Of a stretch of DNA of 32,000 nt, positions 1 to 8,208 are shown piece after piece. This DNA is from Corynebacterium glutamicum ATCC 13032 (lineage in GTDB: Bacteria > Actinomycetota > Actinomycetes > Mycobacteriales > Mycobacteriaceae). Position numbers and translations under genes: made by a program. The stretch is from NCBI RefSeq assembly GCF_000011325.1, contig NC_003450.3, forward strand, positions 1,200,001 through 1,232,000, read 5' to 3'. The first letter of the stretch is position 1. The number at the start of each line of letters is the position of its first letter. Below the pieces are notes generated by a model that did not search any database, was not told where the DNA came from, and saw nothing but the letters and a program-made list of their open reading frames with translations.

Positions 1-1084
1 TCGGCCCATCGCGTCCATCAGCGCGAAGCTTTTCGACGCTCACCTCCAGCCCGCCTGCAACGTCGCGGGGTGTGTGGGTAGGCGCGTCGACAAGCGAAGA
101 AACGCTGAGTAATTTTAGGATCTCATCGGTGGCAACCAGGCCGTCTTGGGCGTCGTGGAAGCGGGTGCCGACTTCGCGGATCGGCGCGTAGACCTCTGGG
201 ATGATGATCAGTACGGTCAGGCCGATGGCGAGGGTGAGATCGCCCGCGAGCAGGCGAAATCCGATGCCAACCGCTACCAATGCGACCGATAGTGTGGCCA
301 AAAATTCCAACACAAAGCTGGAAAGGAACGCGATTTTCAGCACGCTCAACGTGGAGCTTGCATGTTGGGAGGATAGTCGCGTGACCTGAGCTGCCATGTC
401 TTGGTGGCGCCTGAATGCTCGCAAGGTGGGCAAGCCTGCGATGAGATCAAGCAGCTGACCTCCCAAAATGGCTAGGTCGCTGAGGCGTTGTTCGGTGCGA
501 CCTGCGGTGAGTGTTCCCACCAGCCACATGAACACCGGAATGAGGGGGAGCGTGATGATCGCGATGACCATGGACCCAACATCCAGCCAACCCACCACCG
601 CGAGCATGACCGGGGTGGCAATGATCGTGGCGGCTAGAGCTGGCAAAAATCCGGTGAGGTAAGGCCCCAAACCATCAAGGCCAGAGGTCAAACGGGTGCG
701 CCACAAGGCTTGATCGATGGTGCGGGGATCGCTTTGTGCCAGGTGCCGCAGGGTTTTCTCCCGAAGATCCACAGTCACCTGGGACGATGCGCGTTGCGCG
801 AACCGATCCTGTGCCCACGCAAGAAGTCCGCGCACAACCACCGTGATGGCGAGCGCGATGAGTTCCATTCGGGGCAAAGAACTTCCCGAAACCTCAATGA
901 TGCCCGCTGCCATCTGGCCGATGAGCAAGCCCATTGCGACTGTCGCGAGGGTTTTCAACGCGGTGAGAACACCTGCGATTATCACCCAACGGCGGGTAGC
1001 GGGGGATAGGCGCAAAAGCCGCGGATCGACGGGGCCGGCGCGCCTTTTTGCAGGAGCTGAAGATTTAGTACTCAATTTTTCCAA
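1..1084 (-). CDS. cydD: ABC transporter ATP-binding/permease CydD (thiol exporter needed for cytochrome bd assembly). N-terminal transmembrane part only; the 3' end runs off the left edge of the window.
   Basis: My own translation of the minus strand from TTG at 1084 gives an uninterrupted frame to position 2: LEKLSTKSSAPAKRRAGPVDPRLLRLSPATRRWVIIAGVLTALKTLATVAMGLLIGQMAAG...LPALAATIIATPVMLAVV...GLPTLRAFRR. This is typical of an ABC exporter TMD. It starts 2 nt after the cydB stop, the classic cydABDC order. It is absent from the ORF track, presumably because it is truncated by the window edge. Confidence 0.85.
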   Translation of the reverse strand, partial: MEKLSTKSSAPAKRRAGPVDPRLLRLSPATRRWVIIAGVLTALKTLATVAMGLLIGQMAAGIIEVSGSSLPRMELIALAITVVVRGLLAWAQDRFAQRASSQVTVDLREKTLRHLAQSDPRTIDQALWRTRLTSGLDGLGPYLTGFLPALAATIIATPVMLAVVGWLDVGSMVIAIITLPLIPVFMWLVGTLTAGRTEQRLSDLAILGGQLLDLIAGLPTLRAFRRHQDMAAQVTRLSSQHASSTLSVLKIAFLSSFVLEFLATLSVALVAVGIGFRLLAGDLTLAIGLTVLIIIPEVYAPIREVGTRFHDAQDGLVATDEILKLLSVSSLVDAPTHTPRDVAGGLEVSVEKLRADGRDGP

Positions 1085-1086
1085 CT

Positions 1087-2088
1087 TTAAGCAGACACTG
1101 GCTCGGCGTGAAGTCGTTTGCGGAACACCCAGTAGGTCCAGCCTTGGTAGAGGACAACCAGCGGTGCGATCACAGCGGCGGTCCAAGTCAGGATAGTAAA
1201 TGCGTAGGCGCTTGCGGAGGCGTTCCAGATATCCAGGCTCACGCCATCAGCAAGCGTTGTTGGCATGACGTTGGGGAAAAGCGAACTAAACAGCAGTGCA
1301 ACGACACCGATGACAGCGACGGAAGTGGACAGGAAGCTTAATCCATCGCGGTCTTTGATCAGTGCGAAAGCTCCACCGAGAACCGCTGCGATGATCAGCA
1401 CTGCGAGGATCCAGGACCAGGAACGGCCGTATGCGATGGCAGCCCACAACACGAAAGGTCCACCAGTCACCGCAGCAAGAAGTGCGACTACTGGAGCTGC
1501 CTTCGCCGCATCGGTGCGCACCCGACCAGCAGTTTTCAGGCGGATGAATGCGAGACCATGAAGGGCGAACAGTGCGGTGAACGCAAGTGCACCCAGAATG
1601 GCGAAGACGTTGACCATGCCAGGAAGGGCTGCCGCAGCATCGATGGTGTGATCCGCCTTGAGGGGCATGCCACGCAAAATATTGGCGAAGATGAATCCCC
1701 ACATCAGCGGTGGAGTCCAAGAACCAATAAAGATGGCCCGGTCAGACCACTTTTGCCAACGAGGATCATCGACTTTCTTGCGCCATTCAAGGCCCACCAC
1801 GCGCATGATCAACGACACAAGCACGAGGAACAGCGGCAGATACATTCCGGAGAACATCGTTGCGTACCACTCAGGGAAGGCAGCAAACAAAGCGCCACCT
1901 GCCACGATCAGCCACACTTCATTTCCGTCCCAGACAGGGCCAATCGTACGGATCACTGTGTTCCTAGCCGCTGAATCTTTACCGATGATGGGTGCCAAAA
2001 TTCCGACGCCGAAGTCGAATCCTTCGAGGAGAAAGTATCCCGCAAACAAAAATGCGATGAGAATAAACCAAAAGGTATTGAGATCCAT
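1087..2088 (-). CDS. cydB: Cytochrome bd menaquinol oxidase subunit II
   Basis: 333 aa polytopic membrane protein. The N-terminus MDLNTFWFILIAFLFAGYFLLEGFDFGVGIL is the conserved CydB start. It lies 2 nt downstream of cydA. Confidence 0.95.
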   Translation of the reverse strand: MDLNTFWFILIAFLFAGYFLLEGFDFGVGILAPIIGKDSAARNTVIRTIGPVWDGNEVWLIVAGGALFAAFPEWYATMFSGMYLPLFLVLVSLIMRVVGLEWRKKVDDPRWQKWSDRAIFIGSWTPPLMWGFIFANILRGMPLKADHTIDAAAALPGMVNVFAILGALAFTALFALHGLAFIRLKTAGRVRTDAAKAAPVVALLAAVTGGPFVLWAAIAYGRSWSWILAVLIIAAVLGGAFALIKDRDGLSFLSTSVAVIGVVALLFSSLFPNVMPTTLADGVSLDIWNASASAYAFTILTWTAAVIAPLVVLYQGWTYWVFRKRLHAEPVSA

Positions 2089-2090
2089 GG

Positions 2091-3632
2091 TTATTCCTTT
2101 TCACCTGTGGTTGGGGCAGCGGCAGTAAATTGCAGCGGTGTCATGGGCATATCTGAACCAATCGGGGTTGCCGGTCCAGTCTTTGCCTCCACGGATGGAG
2201 CGCCTTCCTCTGGTGGTCCGATCAGAACTGCGCGGCGAATCAGCCACACCCACACCACGAACAAAATGAGATAGAGAATCGTGAAGCCAATGAGAGTCAG
2301 CCAGACTTGCCATGGCGCATGATCAGATACACCCATATCAACAGTCATCCGGATCATCTCTGTTCGGGCATCGCCGGCAGATTCAGGGTTCGGGTGCACC
2401 ACCCAAGGCTGGCGGCCCATCTCGGTGAAGATCCAACCAGCAGAGTTGGCCAAGAATGGGAACGGGATAGCAATGAGGCTGCCGATCTGGAACAGACGAG
2501 CAATCTTTCCAGTTGGTGTGCGCTTCTTACGCAGCAACAGCCACGCAATCGCAGCGATAGCCAAAGAACCAAGCATCAGGCCGATCATTGCGCGGAATGA
2601 CCAGTAGGTGACAAACAAGTTAGGGGAGTAGTTGCCAGGACCGTATGCTTGCTCCGCTGCAGCTTGGAGCTGGTTTACACCCTGCAAAGTCACACCGGTG
2701 AATTTTCCTTCAGCCAAGAATGGAAGCACAAACGGAACATCGATCAGGTGGGTTACCGTATCGCAGTTGTTGTGCGTACCAATTGTCAGAATGGAGAAGT
2801 TTGGATCTGTGGCGGTTTCACACAAGGATTCCGCCGACGCCATCTTCATTGGCTGCTGCACGAACATGAGCTTCGCCTGGATATCGCCAGTGATGAACAG
2901 CGCCACGGAAGAGACAACTGTGGTCCACCAACCAACCCACAACGCGGGCCTGTGCATCGAATGCTTCGACTCGATTTCCGACTCAGCCTTCTTGGCCTGA
3001 CGGTGCGCACGAATAATCCACCAACCCGAAATTCCGAGAACGAAAGTTCCAGCTGTTAAAAAACCACCGGCAACAGCATGCGGGAACGCAGCCAGCGCGG
3101 TGGAGTTTGTGAGAAGAGCCCAAAAATCAGTAAGCTCCGCACGACCAGTCTCAGGGTTATACTCAGCACCCACCGGATGCTGCATAAACGAGTTGGCCAC
3201 GATGATGAAATAGGCAGAAATATTCGTCGCAATAGCAACGATCCAAATGGATGCAGTGTGCAACCAACCAGGAATCTTCCCCCATCCGAAAATCCACAGT
3301 CCCAGGAATACAGACTCAAGGAAGAACGCGATAAGACCCTCCAAAGCCAGCGGTCCGCCGAAAACATCACCGACGAAACGCGAATATTCCGACCAGTTCA
3401 TACCGAACTGGAACTCCTGCACAATGCCCGTTGCTACACCAACCGCGAAGTTGATGAGCAGCACAGTGCCAAAAAATCTTGTGGCCCGATACCAGTGCTC
3501 TTTGCCGGTAACTTGCCAAAACGTTTGCATGATTGCGACCAGCGGCGCTAAGCCAATGGTCAGTGGGACAAAAATGAAGTGATAGACGGTGGTAATTCCG
3601 AATTGCCACCGTGCGATGTCGACGACATCCAC
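2091..3632 (-). CDS. cydA: Cytochrome bd menaquinol oxidase subunit I
   Basis: 513 aa. ARWQFGITTVYHFIFVPLTIGL and GRQPWVV are CydA hallmarks. GTG start at 3632-3630. Confidence 0.95.
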   Translation of the reverse strand: MDVVDIARWQFGITTVYHFIFVPLTIGLAPLVAIMQTFWQVTGKEHWYRATRFFGTVLLINFAVGVATGIVQEFQFGMNWSEYSRFVGDVFGGPLALEGLIAFFLESVFLGLWIFGWGKIPGWLHTASIWIVAIATNISAYFIIVANSFMQHPVGAEYNPETGRAELTDFWALLTNSTALAAFPHAVAGGFLTAGTFVLGISGWWIIRAHRQAKKAESEIESKHSMHRPALWVGWWTTVVSSVALFITGDIQAKLMFVQQPMKMASAESLCETATDPNFSILTIGTHNNCDTVTHLIDVPFVLPFLAEGKFTGVTLQGVNQLQAAAEQAYGPGNYSPNLFVTYWSFRAMIGLMLGSLAIAAIAWLLLRKKRTPTGKIARLFQIGSLIAIPFPFLANSAGWIFTEMGRQPWVVHPNPESAGDARTEMIRMTVDMGVSDHAPWQVWLTLIGFTILYLILFVVWVWLIRRAVLIGPPEEGAPSVEAKTGPATPIGSDMPMTPLQFTAAAPTTGEKE

Positions 3633-3746
3633 GCTAGGTACACTTCCTCTTCCATTGCAGGTTGACAGGAACAGCCTTATTAAGCCAGGAAACCGATTGT
3701 ATTTATCGATACAAAACGAAGAACCAATAAGAGCTTCTTAAAGGTT

Positions 3747-3773
3747 GTCGTTGAAGTTTATTCCTAAGTTCCC
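3747..3773 (-). promoter_or_regulatory. Candidate ECF-type promoter for cydABD (GGGAAC-N17-CGAC)
   Basis: The minus strand reads GGGAAC (3773-3768), a 17 nt spacer, then CGAC (3750-3747), about 110 nt upstream of the cydA GTG. It resembles the sigma-C-type promoter I recall being reported for C. glutamicum cydA. The consensus is from memory. Confidence 0.35.
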
Positions 3774-3792
3774 GCTCACAGCTTAACTTTAT

Positions 3793-3822
3793 AAAGGTTA
3801 ACCCCGATTGTGGTCAACCTTT
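3793..3822. promoter_or_regulatory. Imperfect 11-bp inverted repeat AAAGGTTAACC-N8-GGTCAACCTTT upstream of the cydA promoter region. A third half-site, AAAGGTTGTCG, lies at 3739-3749.
   Basis: Read directly from the sequence: arms 3793-3803 and 3812-3822 match 10/11 as reverse complements. A related copy overlaps the putative -10. Confidence 0.4.
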
Positions 3823-3865
3823 TCCTGTCAATGACTGATTTCGCTCCCCCTTGTTGACAAGTCAC

Positions 3866-3905
3866 CAAAAAGCGTCGAAAAGATTTTGCTTTTCGACGCT
3901 TGGTT
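3866..3905 (-). terminator. Rho-independent terminator after the PLD-helicase gene
   Basis: Perfect 12-bp stem AGCGTCGAAAAG (3871-3882) / CTTTTCGACGCT (3889-3900) with a 6-nt loop. On the minus strand it is followed by TTTTTGG. It sits 8-40 nt downstream of the stop at 3913. Confidence 0.85.
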
Positions 3906-3912
3906 GCGGTGG

Positions 3913-6828
3913 TTACTCCGTTACGGCGAGATTTGTGCTCAGGTACTCAAACAGGCTTTGTTCGACGGGTGTGTCGAACTGTAGATCCATTGTGACCACC
4001 GGTTGCACAACTCCTTTGTTTCCGGGCATCGATGACTGTTTGCTGTTTTCTGAATGCGCTTGACCAAGGTAGAAGAAATCAAGGCCTTCGGCATCGTCCT
4101 TCTTCACAAAAACATGAAGATCCACAGCATTCGCAGCGATGGGCTTGATCTCATTAGACGTGATCTTTCGGTTGCCGCGGGAATACCAATGAAGGGTATT
4201 CGGATCGACGAGTTCATCCTGGTAACGAGTACTTTCGGATACATCATCAGCCTTGTGATAGGTCACAAAGATTGGGCAAGTAGATGTGTAACTGTCCACT
4301 TTGTATCCATAAATCGTGCTCTCGTTGTTTCGTTCCCAATTGAGAATTCGGCAGACATCTCGTCGGGAGTATCTCTCGCCAACAACGAGGTTTCCTTGCC
4401 AAAATCCATTGTTTCTGGCGATAAACAAACCAGTGTCGATGATGTCTTGGACGTGAAACTTAAAATTCTGAGCAGCCTCATCTCGGTCCGTCACTTCTAG
4501 GCTTTCGTCGAGGGCACGTCGGAACTCGGGAGTAAAAGAGTAGGTGCGGTTTTGAACAGAGAGGATCGGATGTTCGCCAAACTTCTTGCGGTTTGGTCCC
4601 GTATAGAATTCTTGGCTCAAAATCCTTTCAACCGAGTTGATTGTTTGCTCATCTGAACTAGTCGATTGGGCCTGCAAGAGCTTACGGAATTCTTCAGTAG
4701 AAGTTTCAGGCTGTTTCATTAGTTCCTGGATCAGCAACAGCTCATGAGGTCGCTTGCCGTTAAGAAGCTCTCCGGTAAGGAAATCCAGAAAGTACTTCTC
4801 CGATTCGCTGGGAGCGTGATCGACAAACTTCACTGAACTGAGCAGCGACCAGTAGTTGCCAGAATGCGTGGCAAGGATAAACGGATCAACAGTATTGAAG
4901 CGAGCGAAGTCTAACAGTGCTGGCACATGATTGAGTCGATCTTGAAGCTGAACAATATCCTGCTTGAATTGTGCTTTTGAGTCCAACTTCGCAGCCTTCA
5001 ACGCAGCAAAAATTCTCTCCTGCGCGATGGGATCAAAGTTAACACTTGAAACACCTGAGATTGTTCCATCAATATCGCTCTCAATCAGGCGGCGTCTGAT
5101 GCTGTTCTTATTGCGAGAATTATCGCCAAACAATGCGATGGGAATGAGATAGTTGTTCGCGTAGTTGCCAATGAAATCAATAACGCGCAGATGGTCTTTG
5201 CCAGCAGCTTTTCGGAGTCCACGCCCGAGCTGCTGCGTAAACACAATGCTTGATTGAGTACTACGAATCATTACGATTTGATTCACCGAAGGAATATCAA
5301 TGCCTTCATTGAAGATGTCAACCGTCAAGATGTAGTCCAGGTCGCCGGACTCCAGCTCAGCTACAACCTCTTCGCGGTAGGGAATTGAGTCCTTCGCAGA
5401 GAGCGCCTTGGTTTTAAGCAAGCTGCCATTAAACAACGACTGGTCGAGAAGTTTTGACAGCTCCTCAGCCTCTTCAGTCTTGGAACAGAAGATCAGTCCA
5501 CGAACATTTTCTGGATGACCATAAGTTTTGAGGGCCTCCAGAATGTGATGGACTCTCTCTTCGCTCACCAAGGCACTTAGTTTGGAGGTATCAGTCACCG
5601 TTGTTTCAGAATCAAGCGTGAAGTCTGTGACACCGTAATAGTGAAACGGTACGAGCATGTTGGATTCTAAAGCAGCTTGAAGTCGGATCTCATATGGCAC
5701 GTTGAAATCGAACAACTCATAAATATTGAATCCATCAGTTCGCTCTGGGGTAGCAGTCAGGCCCAATAAAAACTGTGGCTGCAGATGATTGAGCAATGCC
5801 AAATAGGATTCGGCACCGGCGCGATGGACTTCATCGACGATGACTAAATCAAAGTCAGTAGGGGAGATCTGGGAAAGTGTAGCTTCCTTTGTCAGCGTTT
5901 GGATGGTGCCAAACACAAACGGCTTATCTAGCTCCTTGGTCGAGCCAGACATTTTTCCGAAATCAACAGCGGGACGTTCAAGAACTTTGATGAACTCGGA
6001 TCGCGCCTTATCCAGAATTTGTTCGCGGTGCACGACAAACAAAACTCGTTCAGGCTTGAGCATTCTTGTAGCTAGAGCAGCCAGGATAGTCTTGCCAGTT
6101 CCTGTCGCAGAAATAATGACACCACGTTTCTCTCCCTTCTCCGTCAAAGAAAGTAGAGCGTCGAGGGCCTCTTCCTGCATGACGTTTGGAACAATTGTTC
6201 CGGCGTTACTTTGATCCTCGAGAGGAATATTCTGAGACACCAAACGCTCAGGTACACGTCTGGTTGCCTCATACTCTGAGATCCATTCAGGCGTCAGTGG
6301 CGTGGATCGTTCAATTTGGCGATTAATCGCATCATCAAGTTGAAAAGCAATGTCGCCATTCTTGCTGGCAGAGAACTTCAGATTCCATTCCCGGTTTACC
6401 AACAGAGCATTATCTGTGAGGTTGGAACTACCCACTACTGCGGTGATTCCCACGTCGTGATGGAAAACGTAGCCCTTGGAGTGGAAACCATCGCCTTGAT
6501 GTATGAGGACTTCCACGTTCTCCAAAGTAAGAAGCTCACGAAACATCGTTGGATCATTGAAATCCAGGTAGCGGGACGTGATAATTCGTCCTTTACCCTT
6601 GAAGTCCAACAATGCCTGTTTCAACAACGCGATACCGCGACTGGAAATAAAAGCGACTGAAAATGTAAAAGACTGTGCGGTACGAAGCTCTAACTTGATC
6701 GCCTGCAACATGGTGTGCGGATCCTCATTAGAAATCAATGAAGGATTCAGCAGTTGTTGCGAAGCAGTGGTCTTATCGAGGAATCCAAAATGGGTATCGC
6801 GACCAAGCTTTGAATCGAATGGGCTCAT
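3913..6828 (-). CDS. Three-module protein of 971 aa: N-terminal PLD-family (single HKD) nuclease domain, central SF2 DExH helicase (ResIII/Helicase_C type), and a C-terminal DUF3427-like domain
   Basis: HKD motif HSKGYVFHHD...VGSSNLT at aa 116-136 (nt 6421-6483). Walker A ISATGTGKT (aa 239-247). DExH box VIVDEVH (aa 329-335). Motif III LTATPER. Motif VI QQLGRGLR (aa 532-539). The C-terminal RYSRRDVCRILNW...GYKV...CPIFVTYHK...HWYS...LHVFVKK...FFYLGQA matches my memory of Pfam DUF3427, which co-occurs with ResIII/Helicase_C/PLDc_2. Confidence 0.85.
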   Translation of the reverse strand: MSPFDSKLGRDTHFGFLDKTTASQQLLNPSLISNEDPHTMLQAIKLELRTAQSFTFSVAFISSRGIALLKQALLDFKGKGRIITSRYLDFNDPTMFRELLTLENVEVLIHQGDGFHSKGYVFHHDVGITAVVGSSNLTDNALLVNREWNLKFSASKNGDIAFQLDDAINRQIERSTPLTPEWISEYEATRRVPERLVSQNIPLEDQSNAGTIVPNVMQEEALDALLSLTEKGEKRGVIISATGTGKTILAALATRMLKPERVLFVVHREQILDKARSEFIKVLERPAVDFGKMSGSTKELDKPFVFGTIQTLTKEATLSQISPTDFDLVIVDEVHRAGAESYLALLNHLQPQFLLGLTATPERTDGFNIYELFDFNVPYEIRLQAALESNMLVPFHYYGVTDFTLDSETTVTDTSKLSALVSEERVHHILEALKTYGHPENVRGLIFCSKTEEAEELSKLLDQSLFNGSLLKTKALSAKDSIPYREEVVAELESGDLDYILTVDIFNEGIDIPSVNQIVMIRSTQSSIVFTQQLGRGLRKAAGKDHLRVIDFIGNYANNYLIPIALFGDNSRNKNSIRRRLIESDIDGTISGVSSVNFDPIAQERIFAALKAAKLDSKAQFKQDIVQLQDRLNHVPALLDFARFNTVDPFILATHSGNYWSLLSSVKFVDHAPSESEKYFLDFLTGELLNGKRPHELLLIQELMKQPETSTEEFRKLLQAQSTSSDEQTINSVERILSQEFYTGPNRKKFGEHPILSVQNRTYSFTPEFRRALDESLEVTDRDEAAQNFKFHVQDIIDTGLFIARNNGFWQGNLVVGERYSRRDVCRILNWERNNESTIYGYKVDSYTSTCPIFVTYHKADDVSESTRYQDELVDPNTLHWYSRGNRKITSNEIKPIAANAVDLHVFVKKDDAEGLDFFYLGQAHSENSKQSSMPGNKGVVQPVVTMDLQFDTPVEQSLFEYLSTNLAVTE

Positions 6829-7223
6829 TAAGCAAGCTGCTCGACGAGAAGTTTCACCGCAGGAATATCAGCAGGTGCCCACTCCAAAGATTCCAATTCG
6901 TGTGGTGCCACCCAGCGGATCTCAGCATGCTCGGTCAATTGAGGCTCTGCATCATTTAGTGTGCAGAAGTAGGTGGAAAGCACGACGATTCCAAAGTCGT
7001 ACTCGTGCTCTGTAGTGGTGAGGTGTTCGCCTACGGTGGCGTCGCAAAGCAATTCTTCTTTGAGCTCTCGTGCAAGTGAAGCTTCTGGAGTTTCGCCCTG
7101 CTCGATCTTTCCTCCCGGAAACTCCCAATATCCGGGAAGTGACATCTCTGGACCACGTTGTGCTGCAAGGATACGGTTTTCCTTGACTAGGACGGCGCCG
7201 GTTACATTGATGCGTTTCTTCAC
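6828..7223 (-). CDS. Nudix hydrolase (MutT/NudG-like nucleoside triphosphate pyrophosphohydrolase)
   Basis: Nudix box GGKIEQGETPEASLARELKEELLCD (GX5EX7REUXEEXGU). GTG start at 7223 preceded by GAGGAG. The TAA stop overlaps the ATG of the downstream helicase by 1 nt (TAATG at 6826-6830). Confidence 0.9.
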   Translation of the reverse strand: MKKRINVTGAVLVKENRILAAQRGPEMSLPGYWEFPGGKIEQGETPEASLARELKEELLCDATVGEHLTTTEHEYDFGIVVLSTYFCTLNDAEPQLTEHAEIRWVAPHELESLEWAPADIPAVKLLVEQLA

Positions 7224-7373
7224 GATTCTCCTCAGAACTACTGGTCAGAAACCCAATGCTAACAGTAATGAAGTGCCCCTTTGTGTTGCACCCCGCAGGG
7301 GTAGATTGATTTTCTGTTGCCTTCATAAGCTAAAGTTCTAATTTCCTAAATTGGTAAAGATCGGAACTCAAAA

Positions 7374-8141
7374 ATGTCGCTTCGAAAGCTCACAAGCTTA
7401 ATTGGCATACTGGCTGTTGTTGGCCTAGTGGCGTTTATCCTTTTCAACTTCGTGAAAACAAACGACGAAACATCGAATGTCTCTCAGAGCGAGTCAACTG
7501 CAGAGACAGTCAGCGAAACAAATGGCGTGCTCTCCGACGGCGCAGAAAACATCGCTTCTCAATCTGATGAGAGTAAATCGGGTGTAGAGATTATTGATTC
7601 TGGATTTGGGCAGAGCTCAAATTCGGCGATGGCAATTGTTATTGCCAAAACTTCTGGTGGAAGCCTCGCAGGGGAATTTGTTACGGCGACGGTGAATTTC
7701 CTCGATGAAAGTGGCGCCGTTGTAGCGACTGAAGATCAAGTAGAAACACTCAGTTGGGAAGACCAGGAATTGGTATTGCCAGTATCTCACTACAAGGAGG
7801 ATTCAAGCCGCCCAGAAATTACAAGCATTGAGGCTTTTCTTTCAGTAACGGATTACGGTTCAGGACAACCAGATGAAACTGCATTGCCGGTGTTGGAAAC
7901 CACCGATATTTCCAACCCATACGCTGGTAGTTACAATGCCTCATTTGCGTTGAAAAATGACTCCTCAGATGATTTTAAGAACCTGAGAGTTGGTATTGTT
8001 TGCTACAACGAGCAAACTGACATCATTGGTGGTGGTTTCAAATTTCCGAACCTGGTTCCAGCGGGTGGGAGTATTCGAATGGACGCTAGTGTGACGGTCT
8101 CCGAAATGCCAGCTTCTTGTAAGGCATATTTAAATCACTAA
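7374..8141 (+). CDS. Hypothetical membrane-anchored extracytoplasmic protein
   Basis: 255 aa. One N-terminal TM helix (LIGILAVVGLVAFILFNFV), a Ser/Glu-rich linker, then two roughly 85-aa segments with similar beta-rich patterns. I recognise no catalytic motif. Confidence 0.6.
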   Translation: MSLRKLTSLIGILAVVGLVAFILFNFVKTNDETSNVSQSESTAETVSETNGVLSDGAENIASQSDESKSGVEIIDSGFGQSSNSAMAIVIAKTSGGSLAGEFVTATVNFLDESGAVVATEDQVETLSWEDQELVLPVSHYKEDSSRPEITSIEAFLSVTDYGSGQPDETALPVLETTDISNPYAGSYNASFALKNDSSDDFKNLRVGIVCYNEQTDIIGGGFKFPNLVPAGGSIRMDASVTVSEMPASCKAYLNH

Positions 8142-8150
8142 TAGATTCTT

Positions 8151-8197
8151 AAAAGGCAGCATCTCCTCCATATTGGAAAAGATGCTGCCTTTTTCGT
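8151..8197. terminator. Bidirectional rho-independent terminator between convergent genes
   Basis: Stem AAAAGGCAGCATC (8151-8163) / GATGCTGCCTTTT (8181-8193), with T-tracts on both strands. Confidence 0.85.
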
Positions 8198-8208
8198 GCG
8201 AGTCTAGA

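Noticed and set aside
201-1196. Plus-strand ORFs 201-389, 468-662, 710-1009 and 717-1196 at the left edge.
   Set aside because: The minus strand here encodes a continuous, clearly ABC-exporter-like CydD N-terminus. The plus-strand ORFs are antisense artefacts.
3913-6828. Reading the PLD-helicase as the Res subunit of a classical type III or type I restriction-modification system.
   Set aside because: No Mod/HsdM methyltransferase or HsdS specificity gene is present within the window next to it. The adjacent gene is a Nudix hydrolase, and the protein carries its own nuclease and an extra C-terminal domain.
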